Assembly: GCA_964035545.1 (NCBI GenBank)
Contig: OZ037766.1
Span: 12,080,722-12,144,721 of the forward strand
Direction: 5' to 3'
Source: Bugula neritina
Taxonomy: Eukaryota; Animalia; Bryozoa
Length of the DNA: 64,000 nucleotides
Shown: one piece after another, positions 63,814 to 64,000 of the stretch
Layout of the letters: every line of letters begins with the position of its first letter
Position numbering within the stretch: the stretch's first letter is position 1
Program-made: the position numbers and the translations under genes
The notes under the pieces: model-generated
Told to the model about the DNA's origin: nothing
Seen by the model: only the letters and a program-made list of their open reading frames with translations
Database searches by the model: none

Positions 63814-64000
63814 CGCCTCCCACTGCCGCGGAGGCAACTTCGTAAGAAGTGCCCACCGCTACCACAGCCCCAGCATACGGGGCCGCGCCTGTCGGCGACA
63901 GCTACCGACGACCTCTTGGGTCTCTCGGCTGTCGCCTGCTGGCGCAGTTGCCTGAACTCGGCGAGCAGTTCTCGAATCAAGCTCGTGGTTAAGCTAGATT
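63789..64000 (-). CDS. gag: Gag C-terminus (partial)
   Basis: CWGCGSGGHFLRSC zinc knuckle; TAA lies inside the frameshift hairpin, as in element A. Confidence 0.88.
   Translation of the reverse strand, partial: SSLTTSLIRELLAEFRQLRQQATAERPKRSSVAVADRRGPVCWGCGSGGHFLRSCLRGSGRRLNSDGPR

Larger units (their letters stand above)
57626..64000 (-). mobile_element. Ty3/Gypsy LTR retrotransposon (element B), 5' part outside the window
   Basis: Intact pol homologous to element A; gag tail; a likely ..CTACA terminus at 57626 next to ATAT. The inner LTR boundary is uncertain (57857 or 57940). Confidence 0.92.

Overview
AT-rich, intron-rich animal (invertebrate-like) genomic DNA. Host genes were reconstructed by hand from GT-AG exons. 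They are ODR4 (-, 1268-6928), a DUSP22/15-like phosphatase (-, 9141-13274), DCUN1D3-like (+, 25235-26035), an OFCC1/Ojoplano-like multi-pass membrane protein (+, 29013-43875), an unknown single-pass membrane protein (-, 45375-51303) and an E/K-rich gene with an in-frame TGA (-, 54316-57001). Two related Ty3/Gypsy LTR retrotransposons are present. Element A (+, 13390-22030) is full length, with near-identical 716-bp LTRs, an ATAT target-site duplication (TSD), a tRNA-Leu primer-binding site (PBS) and a pol broken by two frameshifts. It also carries an intact ~500-codon extra ORF in the env position that encodes a zinc-finger, basic and coiled-coil protein rather than an envelope protein. Element B (-, 57626 to the window end) has an intact pol and an unrelated 3' region with no long ORF. 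Both share a G_TTA_AAC plus covarying-hairpin -1 frameshift signal. Other features are an inverted partial ODR4 copy at the window start, a perfect 105-bp palindrome, SINEs and MITEs. No database search was run; family calls rest on recalled motifs.
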